64,000 nt of DNA from Nannocystis bainbridge (GTDB lineage Bacteria > Myxococcota_A > Polyangia > Nannocystales > Nannocystaceae), in NCBI RefSeq assembly GCF_028368995.1, contig NZ_JAQNDL010000002.1:801724-865723 (forward strand), given 5' to 3'. The notes beneath the pieces were generated by a model. The model was not told the DNA's origin and searched no databases. It saw only the letters and a list, made by a program, of their open reading frames with translations. The translations under genes were made by a program, and so were the position numbers. The stretch's first letter is position 1, and each line of letters opens with the position of its first letter. Below are positions 11,404-21,542 of the stretch, in pieces.

Positions 11404-12735
11404 ATGACGACGACGGTCTCGCCCCCGACGCCCGCCGGGCAGTGGTCCAAGGTCCGCAACGAGCTGCAACAGCTCTGGCACACGGAGCTGCGCGACTCGA
11501 ACATCCGCGCTGCGTACGTCGTGTGCGCGATGACCGGAACGGCGTACGGGATGGTGACGGCGGTCGTGGCCGTGTACCTGAACAAGGAGCGCGGGATCGA
11601 CGAGCTCACGATCGGTGAGCTGGCGATCTTCTTCTCGCTCGGCATCGCGGCGTTCAGCGTGCCGATGGGGCTGCTGATCAAGCGGCTGTCGCCGCGCACG
11701 ATGCTTTCGGCGGCGCTGCTGGTGTACGCGGGGGCGACGGCGATCTTCCCGTTCTTGCTGACCTTCGGCGGGCTGGCGACGGCGCGTGGGATCGACGGGG
11801 CGTTCTCGGTCGGCGTGTGGGTCAGCCTCGAGACGATCCTGCTGATGCGCACGACGACGGCGCACCGCGGGCTCATCACCAGCCTCTACACCATCTCGAT
11901 GGCGACCGGTTACGGCATCGGCGCGGTGTTCGGCTGGGCGGTGATGCTGCTCTACCCGATGCAGATGGTGTTCGTGGCCGCCGGGCTGTTCGCGTCGCTG
12001 GCGGCGCTCATCGCCTTCGTGTTCCTCGACCGCGACATCCAGCCGATCACGGGCAGCGACCACGGGGGCGACCACGGCCACCCGCCGGCCGAGCAGCCGA
12101 GCAAGCCCGCGGTCGAAGAGGCCCGGCCGCCGATCCTCTCGCTGTACTGGAAGATCAAGACCGCCTGCATCCCGACGTTCTGTTACGGCTACTTCCAGGC
12201 GTCGCTGGTGCTGTTCCTGCCGCTGTTCCTGATCGAGGTCCGGCACGTGCCGAAAGAGGACACCAGCCTGCTGGTGGCGAGCTTCTCGATCGGCATGGCT
12301 GCGAGCGTGGTGTTCGTCGGCCGCCTCGGCGATCGCTACGGTCACCTGAAGACGGTTCGCTCGCTGGTGGCGCTCGGCGTGGTGCTGACGGCGTCGCTGG
12401 TCTACCTGCCGACGTTCGGGCTGGTGGCGGTGGCGGTGCTGCTGGCGGGCGGATCGCTGGCGCCGATCTGGCCGATGAGCCTGGCGTTGCAGAGCCTCAT
12501 CGTCGACCCGCGCGACTTCAGCCGCAGCAACGCGCTGCTGAACGGCTCGTACGGGCTCGGCACGCTGGCGGGGCCGCTGATGTCGGGCTACCTATTCAAG
12601 CACTACGGCGGCGAGACGATGTTCCTCCACATCGCGGTGCTGTGGGCGCTGGCGCTCGTGGCGACGCTGGCGTTCCGCCGCGACGACCCGAGCTTCCGCG
12701 CGATCGCCCACGCCCGCGCACGCGCGGCGGCCTGA
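11404..12735 (+). CDS. MFS transporter
   Basis: About 12 predicted TM helices. The MFS signature-like loops GRLGDRYGHLKT and LIKRLSPR are present. Length is 443 aa. Confidence 0.85.
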   Translation: MTTTVSPPTPAGQWSKVRNELQQLWHTELRDSNIRAAYVVCAMTGTAYGMVTAVVAVYLNKERGIDELTIGELAIFFSLGIAAFSVPMGLLIKRLSPRTMLSAALLVYAGATAIFPFLLTFGGLATARGIDGAFSVGVWVSLETILLMRTTTAHRGLITSLYTISMATGYGIGAVFGWAVMLLYPMQMVFVAAGLFASLAALIAFVFLDRDIQPITGSDHGGDHGHPPAEQPSKPAVEEARPPILSLYWKIKTACIPTFCYGYFQASLVLFLPLFLIEVRHVPKEDTSLLVASFSIGMAASVVFVGRLGDRYGHLKTVRSLVALGVVLTASLVYLPTFGLVAVAVLLAGGSLAPIWPMSLALQSLIVDPRDFSRSNALLNGSYGLGTLAGPLMSGYLFKHYGGETMFLHIAVLWALALVATLAFRRDDPSFRAIAHARARAAA

Positions 12736-12751
12736 GGCTATCCTGGCAGGC

Positions 12752-13798
12752 ATGGGCCTGCTCCACCGTCTTTACGCTCGCGCCGCGCCCGAAGTGTGGG
12801 AGACCGAGACGCGGCTGCTGCACGCGCTCCGCCTCGTGCGAAGGCCGGTCGCGGTGCAGTGGATCGCGACGGCGATGTGCGACCTCCGCTGTCCGCACTG
12901 CTACTCCGGCGCGGGCAAGCGGGCCGAAGGCGAGCTGACGACGCAGGAGGCCATCCGCCTGGTGGTCGACGAGCTGGTGGCGCTCGGCAAGCCGACGTTC
13001 GTGATCGCCGGCGGCGAGCTGCTGCTGCGCCGCGACATCGCCGAGATCGTGGCGCACGCGCGGGCGCAGGGGCTCGAGTGGGCCATGCACACGCACGGCG
13101 GACATGTCCCCAAGTTCAGGTCGATGTTCGAGCGCCACCCGCCGACGCTGGCGGCGATCAGCCTCGACGGCGAGGCGCGGCAGCACGACCTGTTCCGCGG
13201 GCGTCAGGGCAGCCACGCGGCGGCGCTGGCGGCCATCCGCACGCTCAAGGAGTGCGGCTGCCCGGAGGTGGTGGCGGGCACGACGGTGACGCGCGAGAAC
13301 GCCGACCGCCTGGCCGACCTGTTCCCGCTCGTCGCCGCCTCGGGGGCCGACTCGTGGGGGCTGCACCTGTTCGCGCCCGAGGGCCGCGGGGCCGAGCACA
13401 CGGCGCTGTGCCCGACACCGGAGCAGCTGCAGCGGGTGGCGGCGTTCGCCCGCCGCAAGCGCGGGCTGTTCCACGTCGAGCTGTGCAACGAGTGGGGCAG
13501 CGCCGGCGCCGACGATCGCTTCTATCGCGACCAGCCGTTCCTGTGCGGCGCGGGCCGGATCTCCTGCGTCATCGGGGCGACCGGCGAGGTGCTGCCGTGC
13601 ACCACCACCGACCTGCGCGAGTCGGAGGGGAACGTGCGCGACCGGCCGCTGCGCGACATCTGGACCCGCGGCTTCCGGCGCTTCCGCAGCGCCGGCCACG
13701 GCGAGTGCTCCGACGGCCACGAGTGCTGGCTGCAGGCCCGCAACGGCAACCCGTGCCGCGAGCAGGCGTTCGGGGCCTGCCGCAAGGAGGCCGTGTGA
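12752..13798 (+). CDS. Radical SAM enzyme with a C-terminal SPASM-type auxiliary Fe-S cluster domain
   Basis: CDLRCPHC (CX3CX2C) near the N-terminus, a GGE-like SAM motif (VIAGGELL), and a C-terminal 7-Cys region (CGAGRISCVIGATGEVLPCT...CSDGHECWLQARNGNPCREQAFGAC). It starts 16 nt after the MFS gene. Confidence 0.85.
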   Translation: MGLLHRLYARAAPEVWETETRLLHALRLVRRPVAVQWIATAMCDLRCPHCYSGAGKRAEGELTTQEAIRLVVDELVALGKPTFVIAGGELLLRRDIAEIVAHARAQGLEWAMHTHGGHVPKFRSMFERHPPTLAAISLDGEARQHDLFRGRQGSHAAALAAIRTLKECGCPEVVAGTTVTRENADRLADLFPLVAASGADSWGLHLFAPEGRGAEHTALCPTPEQLQRVAAFARRKRGLFHVELCNEWGSAGADDRFYRDQPFLCGAGRISCVIGATGEVLPCTTTDLRESEGNVRDRPLRDIWTRGFRRFRSAGHGECSDGHECWLQARNGNPCREQAFGACRKEAV

Positions 13799-15117
13799 GG
13801 CGCTGGTGGCTCGATCTGGGCGGGTTCGCGGTCGCGCTGGCGCTGGCGGCGGCGGTGGTGCTGCGCTGGCGCAGCGGCCAGGTGGCGCTGCTCTCGAGCA
13901 CGGCGGCGCCGGCGATCCGGCTGCTGGCGCTGCTGGTGGTGTTCGTCCAGGGCTGCGCCGACCGGCTGCGCGGGCGCGAGGAGCCGGGCGGGCAGGCGGC
14001 CGAGCGGCGGCCGGCGGCGGGCTCCGAGGACATGTCGGATGGGGCAGGTCCTTCGGGACAGGGCTCCAGGGGCATGTCCAAAGAGGCAGGCGAGGAGCCC
14101 GGGCCGGCGCCGCAGCTCGAGGCGGACGCGTTCCCGCTGGCCGACGAGGCGGCGCTGGGCCGCTGGGCCCGGCTGGTCGCCGGCGACGGGTTCGACGCGG
14201 GGCCGGGCAAGCGGCTGGCGCTGGCGCTGGTGCCGATGCCCGAGGCGACGCCGGCGCAGGACCCGAGGTGGCTGCAGGTCGCGTCCGCGCTCGAGGCGCT
14301 GGCCGACGCGGCGGGCGGCGCGGAGGGCGAGGCGTTCCGTACGCGCTGGCGAGCTCACGTGGAGATTCGCAAGGCTGGCGGCAGCGAGACGATCGCGGAG
14401 CTGCAGGCGCTGCTGACGACGATGGAGGCGCTGCCGCTGCTGCACGCGGGGCTGGCCGGATACGTGTGGCGTCGGGCGGCGCCGCTGCCGGCGGGGGCGC
14501 GCGAGCGGGCCGAGCTGCTGGGGCGGCTCGAGCGGCACCTGCGGGCCTGCGAGGCGCTGCTGAAGGGGCAGTTCGAGACGGGGCCGATCGAGTTCACGGC
14601 GTGGCGCAGCAAGGCGGCGCCGCCGGTCGGACATTCAGGGCTGCGGGTGCCGAAGGGGTTGCTCGGGGCGGCGAGGAGCCACTATCCGGGCAGCGACGCG
14701 GGCACGTGGGCGAGCGAGGCGACGCTGACGCTGACGGCCACGGACGGCGAGGTGACGCTGCTGCGCGCCGGCCGGGCCGAGCGTCTGCAGCCGGGGCAGC
14801 GGTTCGAGCTGCGGCGGCTCGACGCGCTGTGGGCCGGGCGGCCGGCGAAGCTGCGCCACGATGAACTCGGGGACATGTCCCTCGGGGCAGGCGCTGTCGC
14901 GTCGGCGTGGGACGTCGGGCCGCGGCTGACGCCGGCCGGGCGCGAGCAGGTGCGGGCGCAGGTGGCGGCGGCCCAGCGCGGCGAGGCGCAGGCGCTCGAG
15001 CGGCTGCGAGCGATCCTGCCGGCGGCCCACCTCGAGATCCGGCGAGCGCTGGCCGAGAAGCCGCAGGCACCAGGGTCGCCGGGGCTGCGCACGCTGCTCG
15101 AGCTGTTCGACGGGTGA
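13796..15117 (+). CDS. Hypothetical membrane-anchored protein, translationally coupled to the radical SAM gene
   Basis: The GTG start overlaps the radical SAM stop (GTGA). An N-terminal TM segment (WWLDLGGFAVALALAAAVVLRW) is followed by an Ala/Leu/Arg-rich, probably helical domain. Two repeat-family unit clusters (14016-14068, 14868-14893) lie in-frame in low-GC3 linker stretches. Confidence 0.5.
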
Positions 15118-15168
15118 GGCGAGCCGGCCATCGCCGGGAGCGAGCGCGACGACGCGTGGGGGCGGCAC

Positions 15169-15265
15169 GCTACATGTCCCTCAGGGCATGGCGTCAGGGT
15201 CATGTCGCAAGCGACATGTCGCAGAGGACATGCCTAAACGGACATGTCGGGGGCGACATGTCCCG
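15169..15265. repeat. Tandem array of 7 GGACATGTCC-family units between convergent genes
   Basis: gctacatgtccc, agggcatggc, gggtcatgtcgc, gcgacatgtcgc, gaggacatgcc, cggacatgtcgg and gcgacatgtccc lie between the stop of 13796-15117 (+) and the stop of purT (-). Confidence 0.85.
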
Positions 15266-15274
15266 CAGCGGCGG

Positions 15275-16471
15275 TCAGCCGGCGTCGACGACCACGCGGA
15301 TCTCGGCGGCGGCCGCCTCGGCGCGGGCGCGGCACTCGGCGACGTCGTCGCCGTAGGCCAGGACGACGCCCATGCGCCGGTACTTGCGGGTGTCCGGCTT
15401 GCTGAACAGGCGGATCTTGGTGCGCGGGTCGGCGAGGGCCTTGCCGACGCCGGTAAAGCGCGGGTTGGTGCCGGGGCGGTCGGCGAGGACCACGGCGGAG
15501 GCCCCGGGCGCGCGGAGGATGACCTCGCCGATCGGGAGGCCGAGGATCGCGCGCACGTGCAGCTCGAACTCGCTCTGGTCCTGCGTGATCATGGTGACCA
15601 TGCCGGTGTCGTGCGGGCGCGGGCTGACCTCGCTGAAGATGACCTCGTCGCCGACGACGAACAGCTCGACGCCGAACAGGCCGGCGCCGCCGAGCGCCTC
15701 GGTGACCGCGGCGGCGATCTCCTGGGCCCGCGCGAGGGCCTTCGGGGCCATCGCGTGCGGCTGCCACGACTCCATGTAGTCGCCGCGCTCCTGGCGGTGG
15801 CCGATCGGCGGGCAGAACAGGGTGCCCTCGTGCCGGGTGCGGATCGTCAGCAGCGTGATCTCGTAGTCGAAGGGGACGAAGCCCTCGACGATGACGCGGG
15901 CCGAGCGACCACGGGCGCCCGACAGCGCGTACTCCCAGGCGGTGGCGACGTCGGCGGCGGTGCGCACGGTGCTCTGACCCTTGCCCGAGCTCGACATCAC
16001 CGGCTTGATGACGCACGGGAGGCCGAGGCGCTCGACGGCGGCTTCGACCTCTTTGTGGGTGTCGGCGAAGGCGTAGGGGCTGGTCGGCAGGCCGAGCGTC
16101 TCGGCGGCGAGGCGGCGGATGCCCTCGCGGTCCATGGTGAGCCGGGCGGCGCGCGCGGTCGGGATGACGCTCCAGCCCTCGCTCTCGAGCTCGACGAGCG
16201 CGTCGGTGGCGATGGCCTCGATCTCGGGGACGATGTAGTGGGGCTTCTCGCGGGCGACGACGGCCCGCACGGCGTCGCGGTCCTGCATGTCGAACACGTG
16301 GCTGCGGTGGGCGACCTGCATCGCCGGGGCGTTGGCGTAGCGATCGCAAGCGACGACCTCGACGCCGAGGCGCATGGCTTCGATCGCAACCTCGCGGCCG
16401 AGTTCGCCCGAGCCGAGCAGGAGCAGCCGCGTGGACGAAGGAGAGAGAGGAGTGCCGAGCGTGAGATCCAT
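15275..16471 (-). CDS. purT: Formate-dependent phosphoribosylglycinamide formyltransferase (GAR transformylase 2)
   Basis: [45 protein letters not shown] and the ATP-grasp body ([24 protein letters not shown]) are colinear with PurT. The track ORF begins 40 codons upstream in low-complexity sequence. Confidence 0.93.
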   Translation of the reverse strand: MDLTLGTPLSPSSTRLLLLGSGELGREVAIEAMRLGVEVVACDRYANAPAMQVAHRSHVFDMQDRDAVRAVVAREKPHYIVPEIEAIATDALVELESEGWSVIPTARAARLTMDREGIRRLAAETLGLPTSPYAFADTHKEVEAAVERLGLPCVIKPVMSSSGKGQSTVRTAADVATAWEYALSGARGRSARVIVEGFVPFDYEITLLTIRTRHEGTLFCPPIGHRQERGDYMESWQPHAMAPKALARAQEIAAAVTEALGGAGLFGVELFVVGDEVIFSEVSPRPHDTGMVTMITQDQSEFELHVRAILGLPIGEVILRAPGASAVVLADRPGTNPRFTGVGKALADPRTKIRLFSKPDTRKYRRMGVVLAYGDDVAECRARAEAAAAEIRVVVDAG

Positions 16472-16636
16472 GGCGAGCGCGCGCAGGATAGTGGCGCACT
16501 GTCGCGCGCGGCAAGGCGGGCCCCGCGGGCGCGAGGTCACGCGCGTCGGAGGGGCAGGCAGGCACGCGCGCGGCGGCGGTGCGGGGCTCACGCCGGTCGG
16601 CCCGCGGCGGTCACGCCGGTCGGCCGCGGGCGCGCT

Positions 16637-19600
16637 TCAGGTGGGCGCGCTGCCGTTGAACATGGCGCTCCACTGCGCGGGGCGGAGGATCGCCTGCGAC
16701 TCGAGGACCTGATCGGCCTGGGCGATCAGCGGCGCGCCGGTGGGGCCGAGCAGCTCCCCGCGGCGGCGGCGGGCGCAGGCGGCGTGCAGGCGCATGTCGG
16801 CGGTGTCGAAGCTGGCGGCGGCGGCCTCGAGGCGGACCAGCGCCTGCGGGATGTCGCCGTTCTGCGTGGCGATGCCGGCCCGGATCAGCGCGGCCATGGC
16901 GACCGAGTCGTGGCGCAGCGCGCGGTCCTCCTCGAGCTGGGCGGCGTCGCGTTCGGCGGCGGCGAGCAACACGCCGGCGTTGTGCGGCTGCTCGCGGGCG
17001 GCGGCGACGGCGGCGAGGCCCCGCGCGTGGAGGAAGAGGATCCGCTGGCCCTGCCAGCCGAGGATGTACGAGTTCTCGACGGCGACCCAGTTCTCGGCGA
17101 GGCGCTGCCACGCGGACCCGCCCTGGCCCTGGTAGAGGTCGCACGAGGTCTCGAGCAGCAGCGCGAGCATGTGCTGGAAGTGGAAGCCGTCCTTCGACCA
17201 GCGACGCATCGCCCCGCGCACGCGATCGCGGGCGCTGGTGATGTCGTCGGCGGCGAGCAGGGCATAGGCGCTGTAGAGGGCCGACCAGACCTCGCCGCAA
17301 AGATCGCCGGCGTCCTCGGCCTCGCGCAGCCAGGCGTGGGCGCGGTGGCCGAGCTCGGACAGCTCGCCGAGCATGAACAGCCCGCCCATCGAGCTCATGC
17401 GGGCGAGGTCGAGCTCCCAGCCGACGCCGACGCAGCGGTCGAGCAGGACCTGGGCGCCCTGCTCGTTGTGCTCGAGCGCGCGGCGCCAGCGGCCGAGCGA
17501 GACGTCGGCGATGGCGTCGATGATCTCGCACAGGGCCACGAGGCGCGCGTCCGTGAGCTGGTCGGCGAGCTTGCGCGCCTCCTTGAGGAGGGTGGTGCCG
17601 CGGCCGACGGCGTTGGCGGTGCCGCGGCTCATCACCATGGCGCCGACGCCGGCGAGGGCGCGGGCGATCCGGTGGGGCTCACCTGTCTGAAGGGCCAGGA
17701 GCAGGCCGCGCTGGAAGAAGCTGTAGCCGCGGATCGGGTCGACGAAGGCGAGGCCGACGGCCGCCGACAGGCACACGTCGAGGCGCAGCAGGTCGGCCGG
17801 CGGGACCTGCTCCTCGCGCACGCCGACGAAGCCGAGGCCGCGCAAGCTGAGCTGCGTCGAGCGGGTGATGATCGACATGTTGGCGCGGCCGGGCGTGGCC
17901 GGGTAACCGAGGTCGACCTCGACGAGCGCGGGCCGCAGCATCCGCACGCCCTGATCGATGTTGCCGCTGACGAGGAACTGCTCGCCGGCGCGGCGGCGCA
18001 GCTCGAGCGACTCGGCCGCGGTGGCGCCCTCGGCGGCGCTGGCGTAGACGGGGGCGGCCTCGGCGCTGCGACCGGCGAGCGCGAGCGCGTCGGCGCGGCG
18101 GCGCAGCAAGGCCCGGCGCTCGTCGTCGGCCAGGTCATCGGCCCACGCGAGCGCGCGGCCGTACAGCTGGGCGGCGCGCTGGAACGCGAGCGTGGCGGCG
18201 GCTCGCTCGGCGGCGGCGACGGCGGCGGTGTGGGCCTCCTTCAGGGCGCCGGCGGCGTGGAGGTGGTGCGCCAACAGCTCGGGATCGTCGGCGGCCTGGG
18301 CGAGCGCGTCGGCGAGGGTGCGGTGCAGCTGCGCCAGTCGATCGCCGCCGAGCTGCGCGAGCACGGTGTCACGGATCCGGTCGTGGTAGCACTCGATGGT
18401 GTCGCCGCTGCGGCTGGCGAGGGTGCGCAGCAGGTGCTGCGCCTGCAGCTCGCCGAGGACCGCGCGATCGGTGACGCCCGAGGCGGTGAAGGCGAGGCTC
18501 GGCGGGATCGGCCGCCCGGCGACGGCGACGATCTCGAGCAAGCTGCGACCGGCCGCGCGCAAGCCGGCGAGGCGCGTGCGCACGACGGCGTCGAGCGAGA
18601 CCTCGGCCGGCGCGGAGCCGCGATGACCGGCGATGTGGCGCGCGAGCTCCTCGACGAACAGCGGGTTGCCGCCCGACTCGGCGGCGATCCGGCGCGCCTC
18701 GGCGCGGGCGCTGTCGCTGTCGCGACCGAGCCGGGACAGCGCGAGCTCCTCGGCCTGATCGGGCGACAGCGGCTCGACCAGGAGGTCGCGCACCAGCGCC
18801 TTGAGCTCGGGCCGCGCGCCGAGCCGCCGCAGCTCGCGGAGCATCGGCGCGTCGTCCTCGTCGATGCGGTAGGAGCCGATGAACAGCATCGCCGGCGGAT
18901 CGGGGGGCGACAGCAGCTCGACGAGCAGGCGCGCGCTGTCCTCGTCGCCCCACTGCAGGTCGGCGATGCGCAGCACCAGCGGGCGGCGATCGGCGATCCG
19001 TGCCAGCAGCTCCTTGAGCCCGCGGAAGGCGCGACGACGAGCCTCCTGCGGGTCGGGGGCGACGAAGTTGCGCTGCGGCAGGTCGGCGACCACGGCCGCG
19101 CGCGCGAGCACGGGGAACAGCCGCGTGAGCTCGTGGATCTCGCGCGGCAACAGGGCCGCGGCCTCCTCGGGCGGGAGGTGGCGGAGGTGCTGCGCGAGCG
19201 CGTCGAGCACGCTGTCGAACGCCTTGTAGGGCACGCTCTCGCGCTCGTAGCAGCGGCCCTGCAGGACAAAGGCGCGGTCGGTGCGGCGCAGCTCGGCGAT
19301 GAAGCGATCGATGACGGCGGTCTTGCCGATGCCCGAGCGGCCGCGGACGTACACGCACACCGGCGAGCCGGCGACCGCGAGCTGGAAGGCGTCGCGCATG
19401 GCCGACAGCAGGTCGTCGCGGCCGACGAAGCGGGCGCCGGAGTCGGTCGGGCCGAGCGGGGCCTCGCCGAGCGCCTCGCGGATGTCGGCGCCGCCGAGCC
19501 GCGCGGCCGGGTCGCGCTGCAGGAGGCCCATGCACAGCGCGGCCAGCTCGAGGTCGACGTCGGGCGCGAGCTGCTGCGGCGGGGTCGGGTCCTCGTGCTG

Positions 19601-20323
19601 CTTGGCGTGCAGGATCTTCAGCGGCGGGCCGCTGAAGGGCAGGCGGCCGGTGAGCGCCTCGTAGAGCATGACGCCGATGGCGTACCAGTCGCTCGCGGAC
19701 GAAGCCGGGTTGCCGGCGGCTTGCTCGGGGGCCATCGTCGCCGGGGTGCCGAGCAGGCCGTCCTCGCCGCCCTCGCCGACGTCGTCGGCGGCGAGGCCGA
19801 AGTCGAGGATGGCGACGCGACCGTCGCCGCTGACCAGCACGTTCGACGACTTGAGGTCGCGGTGCAGCTTGCCGGCGGCGTGCAGGGCGCTGACGCCGGC
19901 GGCGAGCTGCAGCAGGGCCGGGCGCATGCGCTCGGGCGGCGGCGCTGCATCTGGCCTTTCGGACATGCCCTCACGGACATAGTCGACGAAGCTGACGCCG
20001 TCGACGAACTCCATGGTGATGAACCACTCGTCGTCGTGCGAGATCAGCTGATGGAGGCTGACGAGGTTCGGGTGCGACAGGCCGGCGGCGCTGCGGAACT
20101 CGTTCTTGAGGCGGAACAGCGCGCCGGGGTCGAGCTGGTGCAGGGTCTTGACCGCGACGGTGCGGCCGCTGTCGCGCTCGATCGCGGCGTAGACGATACC
20201 CATGCTGCCGGAGCCGACCCGTCGCACCAGCTCGTAGCGGCCGAGCGTACGCGGCAGGATGTCCTCAGGGACAGGTGGCGTCACCGGCAGCGAGGCGCGG
20301 GCCTGGGGCTCGTCGGACTTCAA
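16637..20323 (-). CDS. Ser/Thr protein kinase fused to an AAA/NB-ARC-like ATPase and a C-terminal TPR-like helical domain (STAND-type signalling protein)
   Basis: Kinase subdomains LGRYELVRRVGSGSMGIVYAA...AVK, HRDLKSSNVLV, DFGLA and GTPATMAPE. Walker A GRSGIGKT and Walker B LVLRIADLQWGDE. A long C-terminal helical-repeat region follows. No in-frame ATG lies near the kinase domain, so the start is probably TTG at about 20323. A repeat-family unit pair (19960-19984) encodes an insertion, GMSERPDAAPPPERM, inside the kinase domain. Confidence 0.85.
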   Translation of the reverse strand: MKSDEPQARASLPVTPPVPEDILPRTLGRYELVRRVGSGSMGIVYAAIERDSGRTVAVKTLHQLDPGALFRLKNEFRSAAGLSHPNLVSLHQLISHDDEWFITMEFVDGVSFVDYVREGMSERPDAAPPPERMRPALLQLAAGVSALHAAGKLHRDLKSSNVLVSGDGRVAILDFGLAADDVGEGGEDGLLGTPATMAPEQAAGNPASSASDWYAIGVMLYEALTGRLPFSGPPLKILHAKQHEDPTPPQQLAPDVDLELAALCMGLLQRDPAARLGGADIREALGEAPLGPTDSGARFVGRDDLLSAMRDAFQLAVAGSPVCVYVRGRSGIGKTAVIDRFIAELRRTDRAFVLQGRCYERESVPYKAFDSVLDALAQHLRHLPPEEAAALLPREIHELTRLFPVLARAAVVADLPQRNFVAPDPQEARRRAFRGLKELLARIADRRPLVLRIADLQWGDEDSARLLVELLSPPDPPAMLFIGSYRIDEDDAPMLRELRRLGARPELKALVRDLLVEPLSPDQAEELALSRLGRDSDSARAEARRIAAESGGNPLFVEELARHIAGHRGSAPAEVSLDAVVRTRLAGLRAAGRSLLEIVAVAGRPIPPSLAFTASGVTDRAVLGELQAQHLLRTLASRSGDTIECYHDRIRDTVLAQLGGDRLAQLHRTLADALAQAADDPELLAHHLHAAGALKEAHTAAVAAAERAAATLAFQRAAQLYGRALAWADDLADDERRALLRRRADALALAGRSAEAAPVYASAAEGATAAESLELRRRAGEQFLVSGNIDQGVRMLRPALVEVDLGYPATPGRANMSIITRSTQLSLRGLGFVGVREEQVPPADLLRLDVCLSAAVGLAFVDPIRGYSFFQRGLLLALQTGEPHRIARALAGVGAMVMSRGTANAVGRGTTLLKEARKLADQLTDARLVALCEIIDAIADVSLGRWRRALEHNEQGAQVLLDRCVGVGWELDLARMSSMGGLFMLGELSELGHRAHAWLREAEDAGDLCGEVWSALYSAYALLAADDITSARDRVRGAMRRWSKDGFHFQHMLALLLETSCDLYQGQGGSAWQRLAENWVAVENSYILGWQGQRILFLHARGLAAVAAAREQPHNAGVLLAAAERDAAQLEEDRALRHDSVAMAALIRAGIATQNGDIPQALVRLEAAAASFDTADMRLHAACARRRRGELLGPTGAPLIAQADQVLESQAILRPAQWSAMFNGSAPT

Positions 20324-20337
20324 GGGCAGAGTATGGA

Positions 20338-21492
20338 TTATGCCACGCGGGCGGGCCCGAGGTCGCCGTCCGTAGGCAAGGCCCCGGGCGGGACGCCGAG
20401 GCCGGGGCCGCAAAGCCGCGGTAGTTCGGGCGCGAGCCGCACCTGGCTCCCCGGCGGCATCGGATCGTCCCGCGTGAGCATGTGGGCGTCGAGGTCGGCC
20501 TCGTCGGCGAGGCGGGCCAGGGCGGCGCCAGCCGCGAGCCCGACGCGGGTCTCGATCATGCAGCCGACGAGCACCCGCAGGCCGGCCTCCCGGGCCGCGG
20601 CGATCGTCGCCAGCGCCGGCGAGATCCCGCCGCACTTCATCAACTTGACGTTGATCCCGGCGACCCGGCCGCGCAGGGCCGCCACGTCGCCCGGCCCCTG
20701 CACGTCCTCGTCGGCGTAGATCGGCAGGGGGATGTCGCGCGCGAGCGCCGCGAGGAGGTCAGGCCGACCCGCAGGCAGCGGCTGCTCGAGCTGCTCGACC
20801 CCGAGATCGACGAGCAGCGGGAGCAGGGCGCGCACGTCGTCCGCGGTCCAGCCGCCGTTGGCGTCGATCCGCAGGCGCGCCCGCGGGGCGGCGGCGGCGA
20901 CCGCTCGCAGCGCCGCACGGTCGAAATCGCGGCCCTTGCCGAGCTTGATCTTGAGCACCGGCAGGTGCGCGGCCGCGGCCGCGCGGGCGGCCATCGCGTC
21001 GAGCTCGTCGAGCGCGATCGTGTAAGAGGTGACGGTCGCGCCCGATGTGGCCGAAAGGACATGTCGTTCGAGACCTGCCCGATCGAGCACGTCGGGATCG
21101 GCCAGGAGGTCGGGCAGGGGGCGGTCCGCGGCGCGGGCGGCCGCGTCCCACAGGGCGGTGTCGACGGCGCAGCGGGCGGCGGAGTGGTCGGGGGCGAGCT
21201 CGCGCATGCGCGCGCCGGCGGCCGCGATCGCGCGCGGGTCGAGGAGGATCGCCGGCGCCAGCTCGGCCGCGATCGCGGCCGCCAGCGGCGCAGCGGCGGC
21301 CGCCGACTGACCGAGGTAGCGCACGGGCGAGGCCTCGCCGAGGCCGCGGCGATCGGGGCCTTCGGGCAAGCGGCATCCGGGACCCTCCGGGTCGAGGCGC
21401 ACGAGCAAGCTCGGTAGTTCGCTCACGGTGCCGCGCGACAGGCCGAACGGATGGCGCAGGCGGAGCGTGACGAGGGCGGCGCGCAGGTCCAT
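20338..21492 (-). CDS. Enolase-superfamily enzyme (mandelate racemase/muconate lactonizing family; dipeptide epimerase or o-succinylbenzoate synthase-like)
   Basis: KIKLGKG (catalytic Lys strand), RIDANGGW, EQP, YADEDV and KLMKCGG metal and base motifs appear in the expected order. Confidence 0.8.
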   Translation of the reverse strand: MDLRAALVTLRLRHPFGLSRGTVSELPSLLVRLDPEGPGCRLPEGPDRRGLGEASPVRYLGQSAAAAAPLAAAIAAELAPAILLDPRAIAAAGARMRELAPDHSAARCAVDTALWDAAARAADRPLPDLLADPDVLDRAGLERHVLSATSGATVTSYTIALDELDAMAARAAAAAHLPVLKIKLGKGRDFDRAALRAVAAAAPRARLRIDANGGWTADDVRALLPLLVDLGVEQLEQPLPAGRPDLLAALARDIPLPIYADEDVQGPGDVAALRGRVAGINVKLMKCGGISPALATIAAAREAGLRVLVGCMIETRVGLAAGAALARLADEADLDAHMLTRDDPMPPGSQVRLAPELPRLCGPGLGVPPGALPTDGDLGPARVA

Positions 21493-21542
21493 GCGGCTCC
21501 ACGGTGTACCACCGCCGACGCGGCATTGTATGGTGGCCCCGC

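Noticed and set aside
15188-20719. 1,843-aa plus-strand ORF, the longest in the window
   Set aside because: It lies opposite purT and the kinase-AAA-TPR gene, both with unambiguous motifs on the minus strand. It is composition-biased (A/G/R/E/D) and has no domains.
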